Below, piece after piece: positions 54,656-64,000 of a stretch of DNA of 64,000 nucleotides. Position 1 is the first letter of the stretch; each line of letters begins with the position of its first letter. Made by a program: the position numbers and the translations under genes. The DNA comes from an uncultured Pseudomonadota bacterium (GTDB lineage Bacteria > Myxococcota_A > Polyangia > Fen-1088), in the NCBI GenBank assembly GCA_963847705.1, contig CAWKBC010000032.1, forward strand, positions 320,001-384,000. Reading direction: 5' to 3'. The notes below the pieces were generated by a model. It was given only the letters and a program-made list of their open reading frames with translations. It was not told where the DNA came from and made no database searches.

Positions 54656-57600
54656 CCCTGCTCCTCCAGGGTGAACGAGAAGGTGGCGCCCACGTCGACC
54701 TCGGCCGAGGCGGTGAGGCGCCCTCCGTGGCGGGAGACGATTCGCTGAACCGTCGCCAGGCCAATGCCGGTCCCTTCGAACTCCGAGGCTTTGTGCAGGC
54801 GCTGGAACGGCGCAAAGAGCTTGTCGGCGTAGGCCATGTCGAAGCCCGCGCCATTGTCGCGCACGAAGAAGGCGGGCGCCCCGGACCCCACCTCCGCGCC
54901 AAACGAGATCCGCGCCTCGGGCCGCCGGGCCGTGAACTTCCAGGCGTTTCCCAGGAGGTTCTCGAGGACGATCCGCAAGAGCTGCCTGTCGCCGCTGGCC
55001 GTCAGCCCGCGGGCGACGTCGACGACGACCGCGCGCGCAGGGTCCCGCCGGCGGAGCTCCTCGACGACGCCGGCGGCGAGGCCCGTGAGAATCGACCGGC
55101 TCGCGCCGGAGGGTCGCCCGCGTGATGCGAGAGAGGTTGAGCAGATCCTCGATGAGGGCCGACATCCGCTGGGTTGCGGCCCGAACGCGCTCCAGATAGT
55201 GCCGCCCCTGGCTGTCGAGCGCGGACGAATGCTCGCTGAGCAACGCCTTGCTGAAACCGTCGATGGCACGCAAGGGCGCCCGGAGATCGTGCGAGACGGA
55301 ATAGCTGAAGGCTTCGAGCTCGCCGTTCGCCCGCTCGAGCTCGGCTGCCCAGGCCCGCCGGGTGCGGGCCAGCGCCAGGTGCGTTCCCACCCGGCTCATC
55401 AACTCGGCGGCCGAGAACGGCTTGACCAGATAGTCGTCGGCGCCGGTCTCCAGCCCCGCCACGACCGCCTCTTCTCCGGCCCGCGCCGAGAGCAGGACGA
55501 CGGGGATGGTGCTCGTCCTCGGGTCGGCGCGAAGCGCCTGCAACAGTCCCGCGCCGTCGAGACGCGGCATCATGACGTCGCTCAGCACCAGAGCGGGGGG
55601 ATCGCGCCGGATCGCTTCCAGCGCCGCTTGCCCGTCGGCGACGGCCTCGGTCGTCCAGCGCTCCGCGAGCAACCGAACCAGGTAGGCCCGCATGTCGGCG
55701 TTGTCGTCCGCCACCAGGATCCGCGCCGAATCCGATCCTTCAACCAGCTGGTTGGTCGACTCCTGGGGCGCGGCGCCATCCCAGTGCGCCGCCTCGCTCA
55801 AGAAGGCGGTGGCCCGACCGTCGTCCGCGATGCCCCCCTCGGCGGAAATCGCCGCCTCGGCGCGTCCCGCCTGGCGGATCGGGATGGTGACGACGAACGT
55901 GCTCCCTCGCCCGAGGGCGCTCTCCGCGCGGACGGAGCCGCCGTGCTGTCGGGCGATCTCCTTGACCAGCGCCAACCCAATTCCCGTCCCCTCGAAGCTG
56001 CGCCCGCGCGCCCCCTCGACGCGATGAAACCGCTCGAAGATCTTGGGCAGCTCCTGGTCCGGAATCCCGGTGCCACTGTCCTTCACCGACAGCTCGACCT
56101 CCGTGCCCTTCGCGCGCAGCTCCACCGCGATGGTGCCGGCAAAGGTGAACTTGAAGGCGTTCGAGAGCAGATTGAGCACCACCTTCTCCCACTGCGAGCG
56201 GTCGACCAGGATCGGGTGGGCCATCGGAGGGCAGTCGACCACCAGCTGGAGGCCCGCCGATTCGACGAGCGACTGGAACCCTCCCGCCAGCCCCGCGGTG
56301 AGGGCGGGGAGATCGGTCGGCTCGAAGGTCGACCGCAGCCGGCCCGCTTCGACCCGCGAAAAGTCCAGCAGATCGTTGACCAACCGGAGGAGACGAAGCG
56401 CGTTGCGCTGAACAGCCTCCAGCGGCGCCCCGCCCAGCGCCTTCGTCGGGTCGCGCAGCGCCTCTTCGAGCGGGCCCAGGATCAAGGTGAGCGGCGTGCG
56501 AAGCTCGTGGCTGACGTTGCTGAAGAAAGCCGTCTTGGCGCGGTCGAGCTCGGCGAGCTTCTCGGCGCGCTCCCGCTCCCCCTCGTAGGCGCGGGCGTTC
56601 GACACGGCCGTGGAGACCTGCGCCGCCAGCAGCTCGAAGAATCCCCGGTAAGCCTCGTCCAGGGCCCGCCGCGGGCTGACCCCGAGCACGAGGACGCCCC
56701 CTGGACCGGGCAGCCCGGCGCCCGAGAGCGGGAGCAGCATCGCTTGATGGGCGGGCTCGCCCCAGGGCTCCCTGGGCAGACCGTCGAACCGCGCCGCCAG
56801 CTCCTCGACCAACAGCGGCTGCCCACGCGTCAGGACCTGCTCGAACGGCCACCCGCTTCTCTGACCGTCGTTTTGGCCGTCGTTTTGGCCGTCGTTTTGG
56901 CCGTCGTTTTGTCGGCTGTCATTGGGGCCGTGGTCGGGCCCCAGCTCCACGAGCGCAGGGCTGGCCGGCAGGCCCGGCGCGAGCCCGGCGTGACCGGCCA
57001 GCCGGAGGTGGCGGCCGTCGGCGTCGCGCAGATAGATGAGCGCGAAAGGAACGTCGCGCGTGTTGCGACCCAGGACCTCCGCGCAGCGCCGTGCCGCCTC
57101 CTCGCCGCTGCGCGCCTCTGCCGTCATCTCCCGCAGCAGCTTCATCCGACGCTCTCCGAGGACGTGCGCCGTGCTCTCCGTGCAGGCGTTGAAGATGCCG
57201 CTCGGCCGTCCGGTCTCATCCCGGATCGGGCTGTAGGAGAAGGTGAAGTACGCCTCCTCGAGATATCCCGAGCGCATCATCGGCAGAAACAGATCCTCGG
57301 CCCAGGTGGCTTCACCGGTCTCGATGACCTGCTCCATCATGGGGCCGATGACGTCCCAGATCTCCGCCCAGCAGTCCCGCCCGCGGGCTCCCAGAAACTG
57401 CGGGTGCTTGCTGGCCCCCAGCATGGGACGGTAGCCGTCGTTGTAGAACATCCAGCGTTCGGGCCCCCACCAAAGGACGATGGGGTGCCGCGAGTCGAGA
57501 CAGATGCTCACCGCTGTCCGCAGGCTCTGCGGCCAGCTCTCCACCGGGCCGAGCGCAGACTTCGACCAGTCGGTGGCGCGGATGAGACCCGCCATCTCAC

Positions 57601-57682
57601 CTCCACCGGCGAAGATTCTCTCCGCCAGGGGAGAGCCCGCTGCCCGCGCGGAGGCGACTCGAAGCCCAGCTGCCTCGCTCAT
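54652..57682 (-). CDS. multi-domain hybrid kinase (PAS-like, GAF, HisKA-HATPase, REC, HisKA-HATPase), frameshifted at about 55091
   Basis: [11 protein letters not shown] (DDNADMR), SHDLRAPL; the second HATPase (NAWKF, DNGAG, GTGIGL) is in another frame. Removing one base restores EPVDLTGLA. Confidence 0.88.
56865..56911. repeat. about four 12-bp coding repeats CCGTCGTTTTGG (QNDG x4)
   Basis: In-frame insertion in the GAF region of the kinase. Confidence 0.93.
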
Positions 57683-58857
57683 GAGCGGGTCATTCGGTCG
57701 ATGAGCCCCGGAAACCCGCGCGCCGGGCGCGCGAAGAAGTAGCCCTGCACGGCATGGGCGCCCAGGGCCGCGACACACTCGTTCTCCGCGCTCGTCTCCA
57801 CCCCCTCGGCGACCAGCTGGACCCGGAGATCGTTGGCCAGCGCCACCACGGCGCGCATGAGCTTCTGCTTGATCGGCGACGCCTCGATGCCGCGAACCAG
57901 CGACATGTCCGCCTTGACGACGTCCGGTTCCAGCGCCGCCAGGCTCGACAGCCCCGCGTAGCCCGCGCCGAGGTCGTCGATGGCAATTCGAAAGCCGAGC
58001 GCCCGAAGCCGCTCCACGCGTTCACGGCAGCCGCGAATCCCGTCCAGCGCGGCCCGCTCGGTGATCTCCAGAACCACCCGCTCAGCAAACGGCGTCAGCA
58101 CGCCTTCCGCGGCCGACAGCTCATCGTCCTCGAGGTCGGCCGGATGCAGATTGACGAAGATCGCCGCGGTCCTGGGTGCGGCCGGAATGAGCTGGGCGAC
58201 CAGACCGCGGATCCGGCGCCCGATCTCCTCCGTTCGTTGCAGCTTCTCGGCGGCGTCGAACAGATCGGGCGGGCTTCGGAACGTCGGCTCCTCGGTGCGA
58301 ATCAAGGTCTCGTAAGCCAAGATCGACTGATCGCGACAGGAGACGATGGGCTGGGTGGCGACCCAGAGCCGCCCCAGCGCCGCTCCGAACCGCGCTTCGA
58401 GCCCCGCCCGATCCCCGATCGGCTGATCACCCAGCTCCGGAGCGGCCTCCCGGCGGGCGACGGCAAAGCGATGCCAGTGAACGGCCCGGTTGACCACGTC
58501 GACCAACTCCGCGGACGGGACAGGTTTGATGAGATAACGAAACGCGCCGTACTCGATGGCCTCGATCGCGCTTTGAAGATCGGGGCTTCCGGTCAAGAAC
58601 ACGAACGGGACGTCCAGATCGGAGACCCGGATCTCGCGCAGCAGGGCCCGTCCATCCAGGTCCGGCATCGCCAGATCGCTGACGATCGCGTCGAACTTCG
58701 TCGACCGCGCCATGTCGACCGCCTCCCGCCCCCCGGCCGCGATTGTGACCTTGTGGCCCTCCCGGGCCAGAACCCGCTCGTTTGCCCGCGCGATTGCCGG
58801 TTCGTCGTCAACGACCAAGACCAAAGACGACTGCGCTGCCCCGGCCGCTCCGTTCAC
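57679..58857 (-). CDS. REC-EAL c-di-GMP phosphodiesterase
   Basis: VVDDE...SDLAMP; QPIV, ETL, LEITE, DDLGAGY, EGVET. Start may be 58893. Confidence 0.9.
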   Translation of the reverse strand: MNGAAGAAQSSLVLVVDDEPAIARANERVLAREGHKVTIAAGGREAVDMARSTKFDAIVSDLAMPDLDGRALLREIRVSDLDVPFVFLTGSPDLQSAIEAIEYGAFRYLIKPVPSAELVDVVNRAVHWHRFAVARREAAPELGDQPIGDRAGLEARFGAALGRLWVATQPIVSCRDQSILAYETLIRTEEPTFRSPPDLFDAAEKLQRTEEIGRRIRGLVAQLIPAAPRTAAIFVNLHPADLEDDELSAAEGVLTPFAERVVLEITERAALDGIRGCRERVERLRALGFRIAIDDLGAGYAGLSSLAALEPDVVKADMSLVRGIEASPIKQKLMRAVVALANDLRVQLVAEGVETSAENECVAALGAHAVQGYFFARPARGFPGLIDRMTRS

Positions 58858-58866
58858 GGTTGGTAT

Positions 58867-58979
58867 GGTTTCACAAACTCGCCTCCGGCTCAACCATCAC
58901 TGTTCTTTGAAACAAGGAAGAAACACCGTTTCAAACAACCATGATCCGTGGAGGCTGCTCGCCGGGAGTTTCGAAACTC
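58867..58979. promoter_or_regulatory. AT-richer upstream region with repeated GTTTC/GAAAC inverted motifs
   Basis: TTTGAAAC-N14-GTTTCAAA (58906-58935) and perfect palindrome GAGTTTCGAAACTC (58966-58979). Confidence 0.5.
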
Positions 58980-59209
58980 GGATCCGGCAGAACGAAGCCG
59001 CTTCCGGGACAAACACGAAGAGGCGAAGGGGGTACGTGGGGCACGAGGGCTTCGGCACTTACACCCACACACCGGCCGAAGAGGGACCGCCCCGGCTTCG
59101 AGGCTCGAACGGGTGTCAGAGGCTCAATGCGATCTCGAACGTTGCACCGGCGCCACCCCTGCTTGGCGACCCGGATTGAAGTCGCCCGTCACGATCCGCA
59201 ACGTGCCCG

Positions 59210-60670
59210 TCAACGGGTCGACAGTTGCTCGCTGGTCCAGCCGCCGCCCAGCGCCCGGATGAGCTGAACGCTGGCGGTGAACCGCCGGGTGGCGACGTCC
59301 GCCTGCGTGCGCTCGTTGCTGAGCTGGATCGTCTGCGCGGTCAACACTTCCAGATAGGTGGTCACGCCGCCCTTGTAGCGCTTGTTGCTGAGCGCCAGCG
59401 ATTGCCGGGCGGCTTCGACCGCGGCGCCCTGCGCCTCCGCCTCGTCAGTGAGGATCCGCAGGGTGGAGAGGTTGTCCTCGACCTCCTGAAACGCACCCAG
59501 GACGCTCTGCCGATAGGTGGCCACCTGCCCCTCGTAGAGATCGCGCGCCTGATCGGTGAGGGCGTGGCGGCGGCCGGCGTCGAACAGCGTCTCCAGGGCG
59601 GAGGCGCCCAGCGACCAGAACAGGCTGGGGATCTGCAGCCAGCTCGCCAGCGAGCCGCTCTCGAAGCCGCCGGTCGCGCTCAGCATGATGTTCGGGTAGT
59701 AGGCGGCGACGGCAATCCCGATCTGGGCATTGGCGGCGGCCAGGCGCCGCTCGGCCGCCGCGATGTCCGGCCGCCGCTCGAGCAAGGCGGACGGAACGCC
59801 CGGCGGAACGACGGGAAGGTTCGCCGCCAGGGGGCTCGCCGCCAGCGCGAAGGTCGCCGCAGGGACGCCGATCAGCGTGGCGATGGCGTGCTCGAACTCG
59901 GCGCGCATCACCCCGACGTCGATCCCCTGGGCCTTCACCTGCAGGTACTGCGTCTCGGCCTGGGCGACGTCGACGGCGTTGGCGACGCCCCCGGCGAACC
60001 GCACGCGCGCCAGCTGCAGCTCGTCGGCGTCGCTCTTCAGCGTGGTGTCGAGCAGCTGCTTCTGGGTGTCGAGGCCCCGCAAGAGGAAGTAGTCGAGCGC
60101 CAGCTCGGCGTGCAGGCTGAGCGCGACGTTGGCCAGATCGGCGGCGCTGGCCTGGGCGTCGGCGCGCGCCTGCTCGACGGTGCGGCGAACCTGCCCCCAC
60201 AGATCCGGCTCCCATTGCGCCTGCCCCTGCAACGCCAGGAGGTTGTAGTCGAACTTGGTCGTGCCGATGAGGGTGTTGGGCTGGTTCTTCGACAGCCGGA
60301 TGCGCGAGGCGGACGCGCCCACGCCGAGCGTGGGGAAGTAGGCGGCGCGCGCCACCCGGATCTGATCCCGCGCCGCCAGGTACTGCCCGGTCGCCGCCTT
60401 GAGCGTCTGATTGGAGACGTTGATCTTCTCTTCCAGCGCGTCGAGCTGGGCGTCGCCGAAGACCTGCCACCACTTGTCGCGGAGCGCGCCGTCGGCGGGC
60501 TGGGCCTGCTTCCAGTCCCCGGGGGGTGGCTGCTCCTTGAAGGCCGCCGAGCCCGGCGCCTCGGGGCGCTTGTAGTCCGGACCGACGCTGCAGCCAGACG
60601 GGCCGACGGCCCAGCCGCAAAGGACGGCCACGGTCAGCGCGCCCATCCGCAGAGTGCTACTTGGCGCCAT
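59210..60670 (-). CDS. RND efflux outer membrane factor lipoprotein (NodT family)
   Basis: GCSVGPDY, WW..F.D..L, RRPDIAAAE, ALGGGW. Confidence 0.93.
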   Translation of the reverse strand: MAPSSTLRMGALTVAVLCGWAVGPSGCSVGPDYKRPEAPGSAAFKEQPPPGDWKQAQPADGALRDKWWQVFGDAQLDALEEKINVSNQTLKAATGQYLAARDQIRVARAAYFPTLGVGASASRIRLSKNQPNTLIGTTKFDYNLLALQGQAQWEPDLWGQVRRTVEQARADAQASAADLANVALSLHAELALDYFLLRGLDTQKQLLDTTLKSDADELQLARVRFAGGVANAVDVAQAETQYLQVKAQGIDVGVMRAEFEHAIATLIGVPAATFALAASPLAANLPVVPPGVPSALLERRPDIAAAERRLAAANAQIGIAVAAYYPNIMLSATGGFESGSLASWLQIPSLFWSLGASALETLFDAGRRHALTDQARDLYEGQVATYRQSVLGAFQEVEDNLSTLRILTDEAEAQGAAVEAARQSLALSNKRYKGGVTTYLEVLTAQTIQLSNERTQADVATRRFTASVQLIRALGGGWTSEQLSTR

Positions 60671-61910
60671 CCGTCTTGGTCTCGGTCTTGGTCTCGGTCT
60701 TGGTCTCGGTCTTGGTCTTCGAGCCGGTCGTGGTCTCGCTCTTGGCCTCGGGCGCCACCACGTGGACCGCCTCGCCATCGATGATCGAGTCGGGCGGGTT
60801 CTGCACCACCAGATCCGAGGGCTGCAGCCCCTCGCTCACCTCCACGGTCTTGCCGTCGTCGCGGCTGATGGTGATCGGCACCAGCCGGGCCTTGCCGTCC
60901 CGCACCACCGCCACCCGCAGCCCCTCCGAACGAAACATCAGCGTCGGGACCGGCAGCACCAGCGTCGGGTTCCCGGTGTCGATCTTGAAGTGGACCTGCC
61001 CGTAGGCCCCAGGAAAAAGGCGATGGTCGTGGTTGTCGACCTCGACCTCCACCAGCAGCGTGCGGAAGGTCGGATCGATCGCCTGCGCGTTGCGGACGAT
61101 CTTCCCCTGGAAGACCTGCCCCGGATGCTCGGGGACGGTGAGGCCCGCCTTCACCCCCGGCACCATCCCGCCGGAATAGACCTGCGGCACGTTGACGTAG
61201 ACGCGCAGCACATCGTCCGAGGCCAGGTGGAACAGCTCCCTGCCGGCGCCCGCGTCAATCAACGTTCCGATGTCGACGTTGCGCGCGGTGATCACCCCGT
61301 CGAAGGGGGCGAAGACGTTCTGGAAGCTGGTGAGCTGCGCCAGCCGGCGCGCGTTGGCCTGGGCGGCCGCCACCTGATTGCTGGTCGAGTTGGCCTGCGC
61401 CCGGAAGTTGTCGGTGTCCTGCTTGGAGACCGCGTTTTCGTTGAGGAGATCCTGATAGCGGGTCGATTGCGTCTCGGCGAACTTCGAGTTGGCCTTGGCG
61501 GTCGCCACGTCGGCCTGGGCCTGCTGCAGCTGCTGGTCGACCTCCGGGCTGGCGATCACCGCCAGCCGCTGCCCCTTCTTGACGTGGGCGCCGATGTCGA
61601 AGCTCCACGACTTCAGGTAGCCGCTGGTCCGCGCGAAAATAGGCGCGTCGGTGAAGGCCTGCACGTTCCCGGGAAGCACCACCTCCTGTCCCACCTTCCC
61701 GAGCTTGGGCGGAGCGACCAGCACGTCGGGCGCCGCCAGCGCGTCCGTCTGTTGCTGCAGCGTCGTGCGGGCCCGAACGCGCGGCACGATGCCGAGGATG
61801 GCGACCAGCACGGCCACCCCGATGAGCGCCCCGATCAGGACCAGCGCCTTGCGGCCGCTCAGCGGAGGTGGACCTTCGCCCGGTTTGGGAGGAGCGATAT
61901 CGTGACTCAT
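60657..61910 (-). CDS. RND efflux membrane fusion protein
   Basis: N-terminal TM, ARTSGYL, APFDGVIT, PGAY; C-terminal TKTE repeats. Confidence 0.93.
   Translation of the reverse strand: MSHDIAPPKPGEGPPPLSGRKALVLIGALIGVAVLVAILGIVPRVRARTTLQQQTDALAAPDVLVAPPKLGKVGQEVVLPGNVQAFTDAPIFARTSGYLKSWSFDIGAHVKKGQRLAVIASPEVDQQLQQAQADVATAKANSKFAETQSTRYQDLLNENAVSKQDTDNFRAQANSTSNQVAAAQANARRLAQLTSFQNVFAPFDGVITARNVDIGTLIDAGAGRELFHLASDDVLRVYVNVPQVYSGGMVPGVKAGLTVPEHPGQVFQGKIVRNAQAIDPTFRTLLVEVEVDNHDHRLFPGAYGQVHFKIDTGNPTLVLPVPTLMFRSEGLRVAVVRDGKARLVPITISRDDGKTVEVSEGLQPSDLVVQNPPDSIIDGEAVHVVAPEAKSETTTGSKTKTETKTETKTETKTDGAK
60673..60718. repeat. about four 12-bp coding repeats GTCTTGGTCTCG (TKTE)
   Basis: At the extreme 3' end of the MFP gene, just before the OMF start. 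Confidence 0.9.
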
Positions 61911-64000
61911 GAGCGAGATTCTCCTGCGGGGGCGGTGACGGCGCCCGCGGGCGGCTGGTCGTGGCTCTTGCGGCGCCCCAGCCACCCGTGAAGCACGTTG
62001 AAGAAGGTCGGGACGAAGAACAGGGTCGAGACGGTGGCAAACAGCAGGCCGCCGATGACCGCGCGGCCGAGCGGCGCGTTCTGCTCGCCGCCGTCGCCCA
62101 GGCCCAGCGCCATCGGGATCATGCCGATGATCATGGCCAGCGCCGTCATGATCACGGGGCGGAATCGGACGAAGCCGGCCGCCAGCGCTGCCGCGTGCGC
62201 GTCGCCCTTCAGCTCGTGCAGCTGCTCGCGCGCAAAGCTGACCACCAGGATCGAGTTCGAGGTCGCCACCCCCATGCACATGATCGTGCCGGTCAGCGCC
62301 GGGACGCTGATGCGGGTGTGGGTGACGAACAGGAACCAGACCACCCCCGCCACCGCCACCGGCAGGGCGGCGATGATGATGAAGGGATCGAGCCAGGACT
62401 GGAAGTTCACCACGATCAGCAGATAGACGAGGAGGATCGAGAAGGCCAGCCCCGCCACCAGACCAATGAACGAGCTGCGCATGGTCTGGACCTGCCCCCG
62501 CACGAAGACCTGCGAGCCGCGCGGCAGCTCCTTCTTGGCGTCAGCGATGAGCTTCTCGATCTTCCTGTCGACGCTGGCCAGATCGGTGTTGACCACGTTG
62601 CCGTAGATGTCGATGGCCGGCGCGATGTTGTAGTGGGAGACCGTGCCTTGGACCGCGCCCCGGTTGATGGAGGCGACGTTGGCCAGGATCTGGACCGGCT
62701 TGCCTGTGGTGAAGGTCGGCGCCGTCGCCGCCAGCCCGGCATTCGCGAGGGAGCCCGGGCCCGGGATGGTGATGGGGATGTTCTCCAGATCCTGCAGGCT
62801 GTCGAGCGCGTACTGCGGCGCCTGAACCGCGATGTTGTAGCTGACGTTGTTCTGCGGGTTCAGCCAGAAGCTGGGCGAGGTCTGGGAGCTGCCGCTGGTG
62901 GCGGTCAGCAGGCTGGTGGCGACGTCGCGCTGGGCGAGCCCCATCTGCAGGGCCTTGGTGCGGTCCACATCGATCTTCAGGGACGGGTTGTCGAACGGCT
63001 GCTGGATGCGCAGATCGGCAGTACCAGCCACCGTCTTGATCTTGTCGAGCAGCCGCTCGGCCCAGGCGTGGTTTCCGGCCAGGTCGTTCCCCACCACCTG
63101 GATGTCGAGCGGCGCCGGCAGTCCGAAGTTCAGGATCTGGGTGACCATGTCGACCGGCAGCTCGTAGAACAAGACGCCCGGGAAGCGGTGGTGCGAGAGC
63201 TCGCGGAACCGCTGGACGTACTCGGCGGTCGGGCGGTGCTTCTCGGCGAGCGAGACCTGGATGTCGGCATCGGCCGGCCCGACGGGCGCCGAGTTGGAGT
63301 AAGTGGTGTTGATGCCGCTGTAGGGCAGGCCGATGTTGTCGATGATGGTGACCAGCTCGTCCTTGGGGATGATCTCTCGAAAGGTCCGGTCGATCTGATC
63401 GCACAGGCTGGCCATGTCCTCGATGCGCGTTCCGGTGTGGGCACGGACGTGGAGCTTGAACTGCCCACTGTCGACGGACGGAAAGAAGTCCTGCCCCAGG
63501 TACGGGTAGAGCAGCGCCGCGGAGAGCAGCGCCAGGCCCACGAAGCCGACCAGGAAGAGCTTGGAGTGCGCCACGCAGAGCTCGAGGATGCGGTGGTAGC
63601 CGCCCCGAAAACTCTCGAATCCCCGTTCGAAGGCGGCCTGGAAGCGGATCAGGGGGTTGCGGCTGGTCTTGGCCTTTTCGGCGGCGGCGGCCTCGTGCTC
63701 GTGGCCGCGCAAGAGGTACTTGGCCATGGTCGGCACCACGGTGCGCGACAGGATGTAGGAGGCGATCATGGCGAAGCAGACCGCCTCGGCCAGCGGCACG
63801 AACAGGAACTTCGCCACGCCGGAGAGGAAGAACATCGGCACGAAGACGATGCAGATCGCGATGGTCGAGACCAGCGCCGGGACGGCGATCTGCTGGGCAC
63901 CGTCCAGGATGGCGTGCTCCACCTCCTTGCCCTGGCCGACGTTGCGGTTGATGTTCTCGATCTCGACGGTGGCGTCATCGACCAGGATGCCGACCGCCAG
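61907..64000 (-). CDS. RND efflux permease (AcrB/AcrD/AcrF family), 5' part outside the window
   Basis: GILVDDATVEIENI near the window end, FFPSVD, RFRPVIMT, PLGRAVIGG. Confidence 0.93.
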   Translation of the reverse strand: MAVGILVDDATVEIENINRNVGQGKEVEHAILDGAQQIAVPALVSTIAICIVFVPMFFLSGVAKFLFVPLAEAVCFAMIASYILSRTVVPTMAKYLLRGHEHEAAAAEKAKTSRNPLIRFQAAFERGFESFRGGYHRILELCVAHSKLFLVGFVGLALLSAALLYPYLGQDFFPSVDSGQFKLHVRAHTGTRIEDMASLCDQIDRTFREIIPKDELVTIIDNIGLPYSGINTTYSNSAPVGPADADIQVSLAEKHRPTAEYVQRFRELSHHRFPGVLFYELPVDMVTQILNFGLPAPLDIQVVGNDLAGNHAWAERLLDKIKTVAGTADLRIQQPFDNPSLKIDVDRTKALQMGLAQRDVATSLLTATSGSSQTSPSFWLNPQNNVSYNIAVQAPQYALDSLQDLENIPITIPGPGSLANAGLAATAPTFTTGKPVQILANVASINRGAVQGTVSHYNIAPAIDIYGNVVNTDLASVDRKIEKLIADAKKELPRGSQVFVRGQVQTMRSSFIGLVAGLAFSILLVYLLIVVNFQSWLDPFIIIAALPVAVAGVVWFLFVTHTRISVPALTGTIMCMGVATSNSILVVSFAREQLHELKGDAHAAALAAGFVRFRPVIMTALAMIIGMIPMALGLGDGGEQNAPLGRAVIGGLLFATVSTLFFVPTFFNVLHGWLGRRKSHDQPPAGAVTAPAGESRS

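Noticed and set aside
58868-58979. Degenerate CRISPR repeats (GTTTCA...GAAAC ends)
   Set aside because: The internal sequences and lengths differ; there is no repeat-spacer periodicity.
61917-61922. Another GATTCT insertion at the RND/MFP junction
   Set aside because: The current reading gives a clean ATGA overlap, so there is no evidence of an indel.
1-64000. Prophage, IS, integron, defence system, tRNA or rRNA
   Set aside because: I recognised no integrase, transposase, nuclease or structural genes and no RNA gene signatures; composition looks uniform.

Overview
This is a very GC-rich bacterial chromosomal window with about 60 protein-coding genes. I see no rRNA, tRNA, CRISPR array, transposase or integrase. 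Cys-rich repeat lipoproteins with Gly/Ser linkers, stacked hybrid kinases, MMPL, an RRM protein and Anbu suggest a myxobacterium (Myxococcota); this is inference. The window runs from the 5' end of pgi to the 3' two-thirds of an RND pump operon. Main points: (1) two tandem M23 proteins with N-terminal Cys motifs, one with intact and one with degenerate catalytic motifs; (2) a CYTH-like/FUSC-like/N-formylglutamate amidohydrolase/transglutaminase/Anbu operon without the usual ATP-grasp and alpha-E partners; (3) a thiol-redox region with egtBD, a Cys-less cNMP-TrxR-like flavoprotein, a DsbA-OsmC fusion, a QAT-type ABC importer, rhodanese, DUF5996 and zf-UBP; (4) a lipoprotein with ten disintegrin-like repeats, a Cys-free DksA/TraR and a DUF3494 ice-binding lipoprotein; (5) three single-base insertions in two kinases, all GATCT->GATTCT, pointing to a motif-specific error or DNA modification; (6) several short tandem arrays of 3-4 copies, two of which duplicate gene stop codons. 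Family calls come from motif recognition only; no searches were run.
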